The translations under genes and the position numbers were made by a program. 12,023 nt of DNA from contig JAEOUE010000176.1 in NCBI GenBank assembly GCA_016839515.1, positions 1 to 12,023 of the forward strand, read 5' to 3'. Positions 1-8,494 of this stretch are shown piece after piece; within the stretch, counting starts at the first letter, position 1; each line of letters starts with the position of its first letter. This DNA comes from Candidatus Hodarchaeum mangrovi. Lineage in GTDB: Archaea > Asgardarchaeota > Heimdallarchaeia > Hodarchaeales > Hodarchaeaceae. The notes beneath the pieces were generated by a model. That model was not told the DNA's origin, did no database searches, and saw only the letters and a list, made by a program, of their open reading frames with translations.

Positions 1-429
1 AGTTATAATTTTCTGATTAATTTCCATTATTGTCGGTTGAATCTCAGTCCATCCCATAGGTGGTATAGTAATTATAAAAATTGATATAATCTCTTTTTTT
101 GCTATTCTTACACCCTTCATTAAATTTTTCCAAATTGAATCAGCTGAATAGCCCAATGCAATATCATTTGCACCAGCCCAAAGTAATATGAAATCATATC
201 TATTTTTATCTAAAATACGGGAAAGTCGTGAAAGAATTTGTGAAGAAATTTGACCGCAAATTCCATGATTATCGATTTTAAACCAAATATTTTTGTTTTC
301 TTCAGATAATTTTCTTTCTAACCAGTATTCATATGAACTTTTTTGATCTCCACCATAAAATGGATCATAGGAAGGAAAACCCGCTGTATGCGAATCTCCA
401 ATACAGAGGATTTTAACTATTTCATCCAA
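1..429 (-). CDS. SGNH/GDSL hydrolase family protein (3' end beyond the window; not in the ORF track)
   Basis: Manual translation from TTG at 429 gives MDEIVKILCIGDSHTAGF...IDNHGICGQ...LLWAGANDIALG...IITIPPMG..., open to base 1. It has block I GDS (catalytic Ser), block II Gly and block III GAND. A GGAG SD-like motif lies 8 nt upstream of the TTG. Confidence 0.88.
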   Translation of the reverse strand, partial: MDEIVKILCIGDSHTAGFPSYDPFYGGDQKSSYEYWLERKLSEENKNIWFKIDNHGICGQISSQILSRLSRILDKNRYDFILLWAGANDIALGYSADSIWKNLMKGVRIAKKEIISIFIITIPPMGWTEIQPTIMEINQKIIT

Positions 430-452
430 TTTAAATGCTCCAGATTTTAAAA

Positions 453-1232
453 TCACTGTTTAGGAGAATCTAGAGTATTAAGAATATTTGAAATATCTAT
501 TTTCTCAAATTTTAGTTTTGAAAATTCATAGAGTGTTCCTAATAGGACAAATAAATAAATTGGAACATTTAAATATGTGATCCAATCAACTAATTCCCAA
601 GAATTTATGTTTAAAGTTAGATTAGTAAGACCTTTTGTAATCAGCCAAAAATAGACACTAATAAAGGTATATATAACACATAAAGGAGCTATTGCAATAA
701 CACGACGTGTAGAGAGAAGTAATCTCGCTTCTTCTTCTTCAAACAGGGGTAATGAATTTGTTATACGAATCCAGGCAATCCCAAAGATATAAAGTATAAA
801 TAAGCCAGAAAGTAGAAATATCCCTAATTCTAATTTATAAGGATTCATTAGGAAATACCTATCAGGAAAAATAGCACCAAGTAATGCCATAAAGATTGCT
901 GATCCAAAGACTCCAGGAAGGTACCTTTCAAGAAATTGAGTATTATTTAAAAAAGCTGAGAGAAAAGCTTGATTTACTTGCAAAAAAATGATCCATACAA
1001 AAACATTGGCAAAAAGAAACATATTGGATTGATTTGAGGGTTCAAAGAAATTTGATATATCAAGAATGAAAAATGTAATAGTACTTGCCAAAAAAGTAAT
1101 AGCAATATGAAGAATAGTCTTCTCGCCTGTCTTTCGATAATTATTAAAAAGAACTAGAAAATTTAGAAAAGATAAAAAGGTTGCAAAACTTAACGGGATA
1201 AATAATATTAAAATTTCTAAAATTCCAACCAT
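453..1232 (-). CDS. Hypothetical polytopic membrane protein, about 7 TM helices, no soluble output domain
   Basis: 259 aa with seven hydrophobic stretches by eye (approx. aa 4-29, 40-60, 71-95, 105-122, 136-157, 178-199, 214-236) separated by polar loops. A GAGG SD-like motif sits in the 3' end of the upstream RHH gene, with a 4-nt gap between the genes. Confidence 0.8.
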   Translation of the reverse strand: MVGILEILILFIPLSFATFLSFLNFLVLFNNYRKTGEKTILHIAITFLASTITFFILDISNFFEPSNQSNMFLFANVFVWIIFLQVNQAFLSAFLNNTQFLERYLPGVFGSAIFMALLGAIFPDRYFLMNPYKLELGIFLLSGLFILYIFGIAWIRITNSLPLFEEEEARLLLSTRRVIAIAPLCVIYTFISVYFWLITKGLTNLTLNINSWELVDWITYLNVPIYLFVLLGTLYEFSKLKFEKIDISNILNTLDSPKQ

Positions 1233-1236
1233 TTTT

Positions 1237-1437
1237 TTAACCTCTAAGGTTCTTTTTATCTAAACCCAATTCGTGATATATTCGTGATGCATATTCCTTA
1301 GCCCATGATTCAGTTTTCTCTTCAAGTACTTTTGCAGCCAGGACTGAAACTTTAAGATTTAAAATTCTGGCGTTATATTCAAGAAGTTCTCTTGTTTGTT
1401 TATTAATTCTTATTGAAAGAACACTAGTTCTAGACAT
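1237..1437 (-). CDS. Ribbon-helix-helix (CopG/Arc/MetJ-like) DNA-binding protein
   Basis: 66 aa: alternating beta-strand VLSIRI, helix A (KQTRELLEYNARIL), turn, helix B starting with the typical Ser (VSVLAAKVLEE). This is a pattern match only. Confidence 0.7.
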   Translation of the reverse strand: MSRTSVLSIRINKQTRELLEYNARILNLKVSVLAAKVLEEKTESWAKEYASRIYHELGLDKKNLRG

Positions 1438-1549
1438 GGATAATCACAGGGAGAATTGAATTTAGTTACTGTGTAATACGATGTAAACGAGGAATTATTA
1501 ATGAATTATTATTTCTTTGATATTGATACAGGTTGCTCTTATATAGGAT
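1438..1549. promoter_or_regulatory. Divergent promoter region (RHH operon / menA) with two tandem direct-repeat pairs
   Basis: TGTAATACGA (1472-1481) then TGTAAACGA (1482-1490); GAATTATTA at 1492-1500 and 1503-1511; TATA-like TTATATA at 1539-1545. Confidence 0.5.
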
Positions 1550-2518
1550 TTGAAGCTAATGGCTGATTACAAAACATCAATAAAAACATCCAAGTACTCC
1601 TCGGAGTCAAAATTTATATTTAAACTGTTAATTTGGATTCGTGCCGTTCGTGCTCCATTTTTCACCGCATCAATAATTCCTTTAAGTTTAGGAATGGCTA
1701 TCGCTTGGTATGAAGGTCAGGTTTTTAATCCTATACTTGGTATTATGACCTTAATTTCAGGGGTAGCAATCCATGCAGGTACTAATCTAGCAAACGATTA
1801 CTTTGACGAAGAAGCCGACAATATTAATGAATTTTATTCCCAATTTAATGGAGGATCCCGAATTATACAGGATCAAGTTCTTCCTTCCTCACATATAATA
1901 AAAGCGTCAATTGCGTCATATTTTATTGGAATACTTCTAGCTATATTATTAATTTTCTTGACGAATGGCTATCTCCTGATATTATTCCTGATTATAGCTA
2001 TTGGATTAGGTTTTTTCTATACTGCAATACCTGTTCAATTTAGCTACCATGGCATGGGTGAAATTGCCGTATTTGTCGGTTTCGGACCACTAGGGGTATT
2101 AAGCGCGTATTATATACAGTTGGGTCATATTAATTCCGTTATTCCATTTTTTGCGTCCATTCCAATTGCGATCTTAATTGCAATGGTTCTATTTTTGAAT
2201 GAATTTCAGGACTTCGAGGCGGATCTAAAAGCAAATAAAAGAACATTAGTGGTTATCTTAGGAAAGAAAAAATCAGCTATAATTTATCAGATCGGATTAA
2301 TTCTTACATATTCTTCTTTATTGTTATTATTATTAATATTGAAATTACCACTATTAGTTCTATTACCAGTAATTAGTTTTCCCTTGGCATTAAAAATAAT
2401 AAAAATTGTTAGAACAAATTACCTTAATATAAATGAGCTACTACCTGCAAATGGCCAAACTATAGCTTTACATTTTATATTTGGTTTACTAATAATTGTT
2501 GGATTTATTCTAGCTTAA
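1550..2518 (+). CDS. menA: 1,4-dihydroxy-2-naphthoate polyprenyltransferase (UbiA superfamily, MenA/UBIAD1 type)
   Basis: N-terminal WIRAVRAPF, first Asp-rich motif NLANDYFD, GGSR, YT..P...Y.G.GE, second motif NEFQDFEAD..ANKRTL, and multiple TM helices. The start may be the ATG at 1559 instead of the TTG at 1550. Confidence 0.88.
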   Translation: MKLMADYKTSIKTSKYSSESKFIFKLLIWIRAVRAPFFTASIIPLSLGMAIAWYEGQVFNPILGIMTLISGVAIHAGTNLANDYFDEEADNINEFYSQFNGGSRIIQDQVLPSSHIIKASIASYFIGILLAILLIFLTNGYLLILFLIIAIGLGFFYTAIPVQFSYHGMGEIAVFVGFGPLGVLSAYYIQLGHINSVIPFFASIPIAILIAMVLFLNEFQDFEADLKANKRTLVVILGKKKSAIIYQIGLILTYSSLLLLLLILKLPLLVLLPVISFPLALKIIKIVRTNYLNINELLPANGQTIALHFIFGLLIIVGFILA

Positions 2519-2520
2519 AT

Positions 2521-3264
2521 CTACCATGGAATTTCTGATATTTTATCTAGAAGCTCGCTTAAATGTTCAATTTTAAAGTCAGGTTTTATTTTGTTAATAT
2601 CTTTAGAAGTAGATCTATTGTTTTGAAAGTGCATAGTTCTGAAATTGGCCTTTTTGGCACCAATAATATCATTTTTAAGGTTCTCCCCAACATGGATTAT
2701 ATCCTGTGGATTTTCAATTCCCAATTCAGTTTGAGCAGTACCGAATATAAAAGGGTGGGGTTTTGAGAATCCAACTTCATTTGAAAATGTCATAGAATCA
2801 AATATATTACCTAAAGCTAGGTTATTAGCAACCAATTCTCTATAAGCATCACCTGAGGAATCCATTGTATTAACAATAAGACCAAGTTTAAAATTTTCTC
2901 GTTTTAAATGGCTTAAAACTGAATATGTTTCACTTCTTGGTTGAATTTGGAAGTTAAAAAGCGAATTTACGAAAATCTGTTCAATTCTAATTCGTATTTG
3001 ATATTCTGGGACAATAGATAAATTTGTTAAAAGAAGATTCGTTAATCTCCCAACTCCATAATCGAAACCTCGTTCTTTTCTTTCGAAATTTATTGTATTA
3101 TAGGTGTTTTGAAGAGCTCTTTCATATTGTGGTCGGGAAATATCATATCTTTCAGCTAGCAATTCATAAATTAAAAATTCGCGATGCCCTCGTTCGTAGT
3201 TCATAATTTCCGCACGGATTGGGGTTGTTAATACTCCGATAAGACTGAATGTTATTGCATTCAT
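2521..3264 (-). CDS. HAD-superfamily (subfamily IA-like) protein with degenerate catalytic motifs
   Basis: Motif II region LGLIVNT, motif III SNEVGFSKPHPFIF, motif IV IHVGENLKNDIIGAKKA. Motif I reads AITFSLIGVL rather than xxFDxDGTL. Confidence 0.85.
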   Translation of the reverse strand: MNAITFSLIGVLTTPIRAEIMNYERGHREFLIYELLAERYDISRPQYERALQNTYNTINFERKERGFDYGVGRLTNLLLTNLSIVPEYQIRIRIEQIFVNSLFNFQIQPRSETYSVLSHLKRENFKLGLIVNTMDSSGDAYRELVANNLALGNIFDSMTFSNEVGFSKPHPFIFGTAQTELGIENPQDIIHVGENLKNDIIGAKKANFRTMHFQNNRSTSKDINKIKPDFKIEHLSELLDKISEIPW

Positions 3265-3461
3265 ACCGATAATGCGTCCTAACTATAATTTTTGGACTCT
3301 AGAGAAATATAATATATTATCCAAGCTTTGTGAAGCTGCTTTTTTTATGTAAACCTACTTTATATTTTTACCCTCATTATTATAAATTATAAAAAATATT
3401 AAGATTATAGTATTAAAAACGTAATAAGTCTTTAAGATGATTTTTTGAGCTGGTTAAGTCA
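3265..3461. promoter_or_regulatory. AT-rich divergent promoter region (HAD gene / hyuAB operon)
   Basis: 197-bp non-coding gap between divergent starts, with several TATA-like boxes (TTTATA near 3359-3364, TTATAAA near 3380-3386). The functional box cannot be assigned from sequence. Confidence 0.5.
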
Positions 3462-5480
3462 ATGAAATGTCTTGGTATCGATGTAGGGGGAACATTTACT
3501 GATTTTATCTTAATAGACTCAGATTCTGGGTTTGTAAAGGTTGAAAAGGTATCCAGTACTCCACACGATCAATCCCTTGGCATTGATACTGGTTTGAGTT
3601 TATTAGGAGAGAGTATTAAAAGAATAGATGTCCTTGTACATGGCACAACTGTTGCCACAAATGCAATTCTTACCCGAAGTGGGGCTAGAACTGCTCTTAT
3701 CACGACAGCAGGATTTACAGATGTTTTAGAAATCGGACGACAGAACCGTACCAACTTATATTCGTTATATCCAAAACGAATTACCCCTCTTATTCCCAGA
3801 GAGTACCGTTATGGAGTGAAGGAGAGGATAACATCAAAAGGAGAAATTCTTGAAGGTTTATCTGTTGAAAATGTAGCTGAAATTATTGAACATCTTAAGA
3901 AAAATAAAATCAACTCCCTAGCAATCTCCTTATTCTTTTCTTTCTTTAATCCATCTCATGAATTAATAATAGAAGATTTAGTTCGGAAATCAATCCCAGA
4001 TATTAGTATTTCTAGATCCAGTTGGGTGTTACCTGTATTTAGGGAGTATGCTAGAACCAGTGCAACTGTTTTAGACGCATTTGTGGCTCCTCTTATGCGT
4101 AATTACTTTAATTCCTTACTAGTTAAAATTAACAAGCGAAATATTAAGATTTCTCCATTAATTCTATTATCAACAGGTGGTGTAACTCAAATTAAAAATG
4201 CAGCTGAAAAATCAGTTGAAACTGTATTATCTGGTTTAGCTGGTGGTGTATTAGGGGGATTATATTCAAGTAATGAACTAGGAATTAAAAATGCCTTAAC
4301 TTTAGATATAGGTGGTACGAGTACTGATGTTGCAAGTGTTTTAGAGGGAAATATTGAAGTTACAACAGAAAATACCGTTGCAGGTTATCCACTCCCTCTT
4401 CCAACCATTGCAGTACAAACTATCGGGGCCGGTGGTGGATCTATAGCACGTTATGAACACGGTGTTTTTCGTGTGGGTCCAGAAAGTGCTGGAGCAGAGC
4501 CAGGACCTGCTTGTTATAATCAAGGAGGAAAAGAACCTACAGTAACTGATGCTAACTTAGTTTTAGGAATGTTAAATCCTAAATTTTTCTGTGGAGGATC
4601 AGTAGAAATTTTTCCCAAATTAGCAAGTGAAGTTATTCAATCTTTAGCTGAAGAATTAGATTTTCCATCAATTTATGATTGTGCTTCAGGGATTATCGAG
4701 ATTTTTGAAAATAATATTTCTCTTGCACTAAGAAAGGTTTCTACGGAAAGGGGATATGATAGTCGTAATTTTTCCCTAATCGCATTTGGTGGAGCAGGCC
4801 CATTACATGGTTGTTCATTAGCAGATCGGTTATCGATGAAACATGTTATTATTCCTCCTTATCCAGGAGTTTGGTCAGCATATGGATTATTGACTGCAGA
4901 TATAAGACATGATTTGACCAAATCTATTTTGAAACCCATGGATATAATTACAAAGCAGGAACTTGAACAGGAATTCTCTGAGCTTACAAATATGGGCGTA
5001 AATCAATGTATGGATGATGGATTTAAAGAAAAAGATGTTATGATCACACGTAGTTTGGATGTAAGATTAATTGGTCAATCTTATGAATTATCTGTTCCTT
5101 ATTATGGGGATTTAAAAGCAACGTCACATGCATTTGATAAAGCGCATGAAAAAGCATATGGATATTCCTCTCCCGATGCAAGGCGAGAGATTGTGAATAT
5201 TCGTGTTGCAGCATTGGTTCCATTGCCAAAGTTTCATCTAAGGTCTTTACCATCTGGTAAAAAATCACCCCCTGAGGAGTCACATCAAGGTAGAAGAGAA
5301 ATTTTTCTTCAGGGTCAGTGGTGTGAGGTTGAAATTTTTCTAAAGTCAATGCTTGAAGGTAATAACATCATTGATGGGCCTGCTATCATTGAACAAAATG
5401 ATTCAACTACATTGATTTCTCCGCATTGGCAAGGTGAAGTTATCCTTGATGGTCATATTTTACTCCAAAAATTGATTTGA
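3462..5480 (+). CDS. hyuA: Hydantoinase A / 5-oxoprolinase ATP-binding subunit (N-methylhydantoinase A family)
   Basis: Family motifs GIDVGGTFTD, HGTTVATNA, DIGGTSTDV, GAGGGS, GPESAGAEPGPACY, TVTDAN, AFGGAGPLH, GPAIIEQ.DSTT; 672 aa. Confidence 0.93.
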   Translation: MKCLGIDVGGTFTDFILIDSDSGFVKVEKVSSTPHDQSLGIDTGLSLLGESIKRIDVLVHGTTVATNAILTRSGARTALITTAGFTDVLEIGRQNRTNLYSLYPKRITPLIPREYRYGVKERITSKGEILEGLSVENVAEIIEHLKKNKINSLAISLFFSFFNPSHELIIEDLVRKSIPDISISRSSWVLPVFREYARTSATVLDAFVAPLMRNYFNSLLVKINKRNIKISPLILLSTGGVTQIKNAAEKSVETVLSGLAGGVLGGLYSSNELGIKNALTLDIGGTSTDVASVLEGNIEVTTENTVAGYPLPLPTIAVQTIGAGGGSIARYEHGVFRVGPESAGAEPGPACYNQGGKEPTVTDANLVLGMLNPKFFCGGSVEIFPKLASEVIQSLAEELDFPSIYDCASGIIEIFENNISLALRKVSTERGYDSRNFSLIAFGGAGPLHGCSLADRLSMKHVIIPPYPGVWSAYGLLTADIRHDLTKSILKPMDIITKQELEQEFSELTNMGVNQCMDDGFKEKDVMITRSLDVRLIGQSYELSVPYYGDLKATSHAFDKAHEKAYGYSSPDARREIVNIRVAALVPLPKFHLRSLPSGKKSPPEESHQGRREIFLQGQWCEVEIFLKSMLEGNNIIDGPAIIEQNDSTTLISPHWQGEVILDGHILLQKLI

Positions 5481-5491
5481 GGGTTTTATTC

Positions 5492-7078
5492 ATGGAAGTT
5501 GATCTAGTATCTCTATCTGTTATTCAAAAAGCTTTAGAAAATATTGCAGAAGAAATGGGTATAGTTTTGAAAAGAGCTTCGTTTAGTCCTAACTGCAAAG
5601 AACGCCTAGATTTTTCATGTGCCATTTTTGATAAATTTGGAGAATTACTTGCACAGGCTGAACACATACCAGTTCATCTTGGAGCTATGTTTTCTTCAAT
5701 GGAAATAATACTTCAAACCTACTCAAAAGAAACTATGAGATCTGGAGATATAATTATCCTTAATTCCCCGTACACAGGAGGTACCCATCTACCTGATATA
5801 ACTTTTCTGATGCCAGTTTTTATAGAAGGAGAATTAAGTTTTTTCGTCAATAATCGTGCACATCATGCGGACATAGGCGGATCAACACCTGGTTCTATGC
5901 CAGGTATTTCTACTGAACTTTTCGAAGAGGGTTTGATTATTCCCCCAGTTAAGCTATATTCCGAGGGAAAAGAAGTAAAAGATATTATGAATTTAATCCT
6001 AGCTAATGTCCGTGTAAAATCTGAAAGATTAGGTGATTTTCGTGCACAGCGAGCTGCGCTGCTTCGTGGCGAAGAAAGATTGAAGGAATTATCTATTCGA
6101 TATGGTAAAAATTATTTACTAGAGGCTGCTAAACAATTACTTAATCTTTCAGAGAAAGCTTTTCAGAGACAACTCCAAAGGTTTCCTGAAGGTGAATTCA
6201 CTTTTGAAGACTATTTAGACTCCAATGGAGTAACCGATGACCCAGTAAAGATTAAAGTGGGAATAAAAAAATCAAATGAAAAAATAAAAGTTTCTTTTGT
6301 AGGAACAGACCCACAACAAATTGGAAATTGTAATGCTCCAAAAGGAGTAGTTTATTCATGTGTTTATTATGTATTTCGGTCATTAACTGATCCAGCTATC
6401 ATGACAAATGCTGGATTATTTCGAAATATTGAAGTTAATATACCAAAAGGTAGTTTATTAGATCCTGCATATCCTGCAGCAGTTTCTTCTGGGAATGTTG
6501 AAACATCACAAAGAATTACTGATGTATTATTAGGAGCACTCTCTTCAGCTCTTCCTGAGCAAATTCCGGCCGCTTCACAAGGAACGATGAATAACATAAC
6601 TATAGGTGGGATTGATTATGAAGGAGTTCCTTTTACATATTATGAAACTATAGGAGGAGGGGTAGGGGGAGCTAAATCATATTCTGGTATCTCTGCGATA
6701 CACTCTCATATGACTAATACTTTGAATACACCAATTGAAGCGTTAGAACTCTCCTATCCCCTTAGAGTCAAAACTTACTCATTCCGTGAAAATTCAGGAG
6801 GGAATGGCATCAATAATGGAGGAAATGGAATTATTAGAGAAATTGAAGGATTAGTTGACACTAAAGTGTCCCTGCAAACTGAACGTCGGAAATTTTGTCC
6901 TTATGGGTTATTTGGGGGAGAAGCTGGTGCTAAAGGAATTAACATCAAAATAACTAAGGATAACAAAGAAATCCAGTTACCAGGTAGAGTTATTATTTCT
7001 TTAAAGGTAGGAGAATCTTTGAAAATTATGACTCCAGGCGGTGGAGGGTATGGAAAAAGGGAATCAGAAGATGATTAA
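5492..7078 (+). CDS. hyuB: Hydantoinase B / 5-oxoprolinase metal-binding subunit (N-methylhydantoinase B family)
   Basis: Motifs EEMG..L.R...SPN.KERLDFSC, HIPVHLG, GGTHLPD, AHHADIGG..PGSM, HSHMTNT.NTP.E, TPGGGGYG. I prefer the ATG at 5492 (GAGG just upstream) over the TTG at 5477. Confidence 0.93.
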   Translation: MEVDLVSLSVIQKALENIAEEMGIVLKRASFSPNCKERLDFSCAIFDKFGELLAQAEHIPVHLGAMFSSMEIILQTYSKETMRSGDIIILNSPYTGGTHLPDITFLMPVFIEGELSFFVNNRAHHADIGGSTPGSMPGISTELFEEGLIIPPVKLYSEGKEVKDIMNLILANVRVKSERLGDFRAQRAALLRGEERLKELSIRYGKNYLLEAAKQLLNLSEKAFQRQLQRFPEGEFTFEDYLDSNGVTDDPVKIKVGIKKSNEKIKVSFVGTDPQQIGNCNAPKGVVYSCVYYVFRSLTDPAIMTNAGLFRNIEVNIPKGSLLDPAYPAAVSSGNVETSQRITDVLLGALSSALPEQIPAASQGTMNNITIGGIDYEGVPFTYYETIGGGVGGAKSYSGISAIHSHMTNTLNTPIEALELSYPLRVKTYSFRENSGGNGINNGGNGIIREIEGLVDTKVSLQTERRKFCPYGLFGGEAGAKGINIKITKDNKEIQLPGRVIISLKVGESLKIMTPGGGGYGKRESEDD

Positions 7079-8456
7079 AAATCAAAATGAGTTATTGTCT
7101 TTCGCTCGAAGTGAAAATACTCGAATTCGACGTGAAATTCTTCTTAATCTTTATGAGAGTGCATTAGTTGCTGTAAATCCATTGAACATCATACAAAATA
7201 ATATTGTGATAACCCATGATCAGAATGAGCTCCAGATTTTTGAAAAATCAGTAAAAATTCGAAACAGAAAAATATGGATAATAGGAGGTGGAAAAGCTGT
7301 TGGGCATATGGCACAGGCTTTAGAAGAAATCCTTCAAAATTGTGAACTTTCTGGGATAGTAATAGTGCCTAAAGGAGTAAAATCTCAGCTTAAACTAAAG
7401 AATATTGAGTGTTTGGAGTCAGAGCATCCAATTCCTTCATTTAAAAATGTCGAAAACACTGAAGCCCTTTTAGAAGTTATTAAAAAGATTAAGAAAGAAG
7501 ATCTTGTTCTCGCTTTAATAAGTGGAGGTGGTTCGGCTTTATTAACAGCACCTATTGATACAATTTCTTGGAATGATTTTCAGAGATTCAACTTGCTTCT
7601 CATTACTAATAAGATGACAATACAACAAATCAATATTATTCGAAAGCATATTTCAAATATTAAAGGTGGAAGATTGGCTACATACTGTAAATCAAATGAA
7701 ATTTTAGTATTAGTAATTTCTGATGTGATCGGAGATGACCTTACTAGCATCGCTTCAGGGCCATTCTATCCTGATCCAAGTACATTTAAAGATGCAAAAC
7801 AGATACTTCAAGAATTCAATTTATGGGAAAATAGTACGCCTTTCTCTATTAAAGAACACATACAGAAAGGTATCAAATCTTTGGTAAAAGAAACTCCTAA
7901 ACCTTATGATCCAATATTTAAGAATATAACTCATTTTATTCTTGCATCAAATAAAATTGCCTGCAATTTTGTTATTGATGAAGCTAATAGATTGGGTATA
8001 AGGTATAAATTTCTTACTAATCAACTAGAAGGGAATTTTAAGGACATGGTAGAATATCTTTTCAAAGAATTCACTGAATTTTTGTCTAAAGGCGAAAATT
8101 CTTGCTTGTTTATTAGCGGAGGAGAACCAACAATTGAAGTTACAGGAAAAGGAATAGGAGGAAGAAACCAAGAAGTTGCTGCATTAATGTTGTTAAAGTT
8201 CAAAGAATTCAGAGGAAAATTCTGTTTTTTATCTGCTGGAACAGATGGAATAGATGGAAATTCTCCATATGCAGGTGCGATTGTTGATACAGATTCATTA
8301 ATTATTCTAGAACAAAGTGGATTAATTATCGAAAATTATCAACTTAATAATGATCTTACAACCTTTTTTAGTGTACTAGGTGGCTCATTGATAAAAACTG
8401 GACCAACAGGTACAAATGTAATGGATATTCATTTTTGTTGGATAGAGAAGAGTTAG
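7071..8456 (+). CDS. Glycerate 2-kinase, class II (DUF4147 + MOFRL domains)
   Basis: Motifs GGGKA, HPIP, ISGGGSAL, RKHIS.IKGG.LA, SDVIGDD...IASGP, GGEPT, GGRNQE, GTDGIDG, TGPTGTNVMD. The ATG at 7071 overlaps the hyuB end by 8 nt and is more plausible than the GTG at 7041. Confidence 0.92.
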   Translation: MIKNQNELLSFARSENTRIRREILLNLYESALVAVNPLNIIQNNIVITHDQNELQIFEKSVKIRNRKIWIIGGGKAVGHMAQALEEILQNCELSGIVIVPKGVKSQLKLKNIECLESEHPIPSFKNVENTEALLEVIKKIKKEDLVLALISGGGSALLTAPIDTISWNDFQRFNLLLITNKMTIQQINIIRKHISNIKGGRLATYCKSNEILVLVISDVIGDDLTSIASGPFYPDPSTFKDAKQILQEFNLWENSTPFSIKEHIQKGIKSLVKETPKPYDPIFKNITHFILASNKIACNFVIDEANRLGIRYKFLTNQLEGNFKDMVEYLFKEFTEFLSKGENSCLFISGGEPTIEVTGKGIGGRNQEVAALMLLKFKEFRGKFCFLSAGTDGIDGNSPYAGAIVDTDSLIILEQSGLIIENYQLNNDLTTFFSVLGGSLIKTGPTGTNVMDIHFCWIEKS

Positions 8457-8494
8457 AATCTCAATGAATTTCTCTATTAAAATATGAGGATAAT

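Noticed and set aside
453-1232. Microbial rhodopsin or heliorhodopsin
   Set aside because: There is no retinal-binding Lys within the seventh helix (no DxxxK or SxxxK) and no RYxxW-type helix C motif.
3297-3320. Palindromes CTCTAGAG and ATAATATATTAT in the HAD/hyuA spacer
   Set aside because: They are short or purely AT and are expected by chance at this base composition.
2563-8203. Short ORFs 2563-2766, 3024-3206, 3569-3754, 4341-4523, 5044-5349, 6367-6597 and 8021-8203
   Set aside because: All lie antisense inside well-supported genes and have no recognisable motifs, so they are shadow ORFs.
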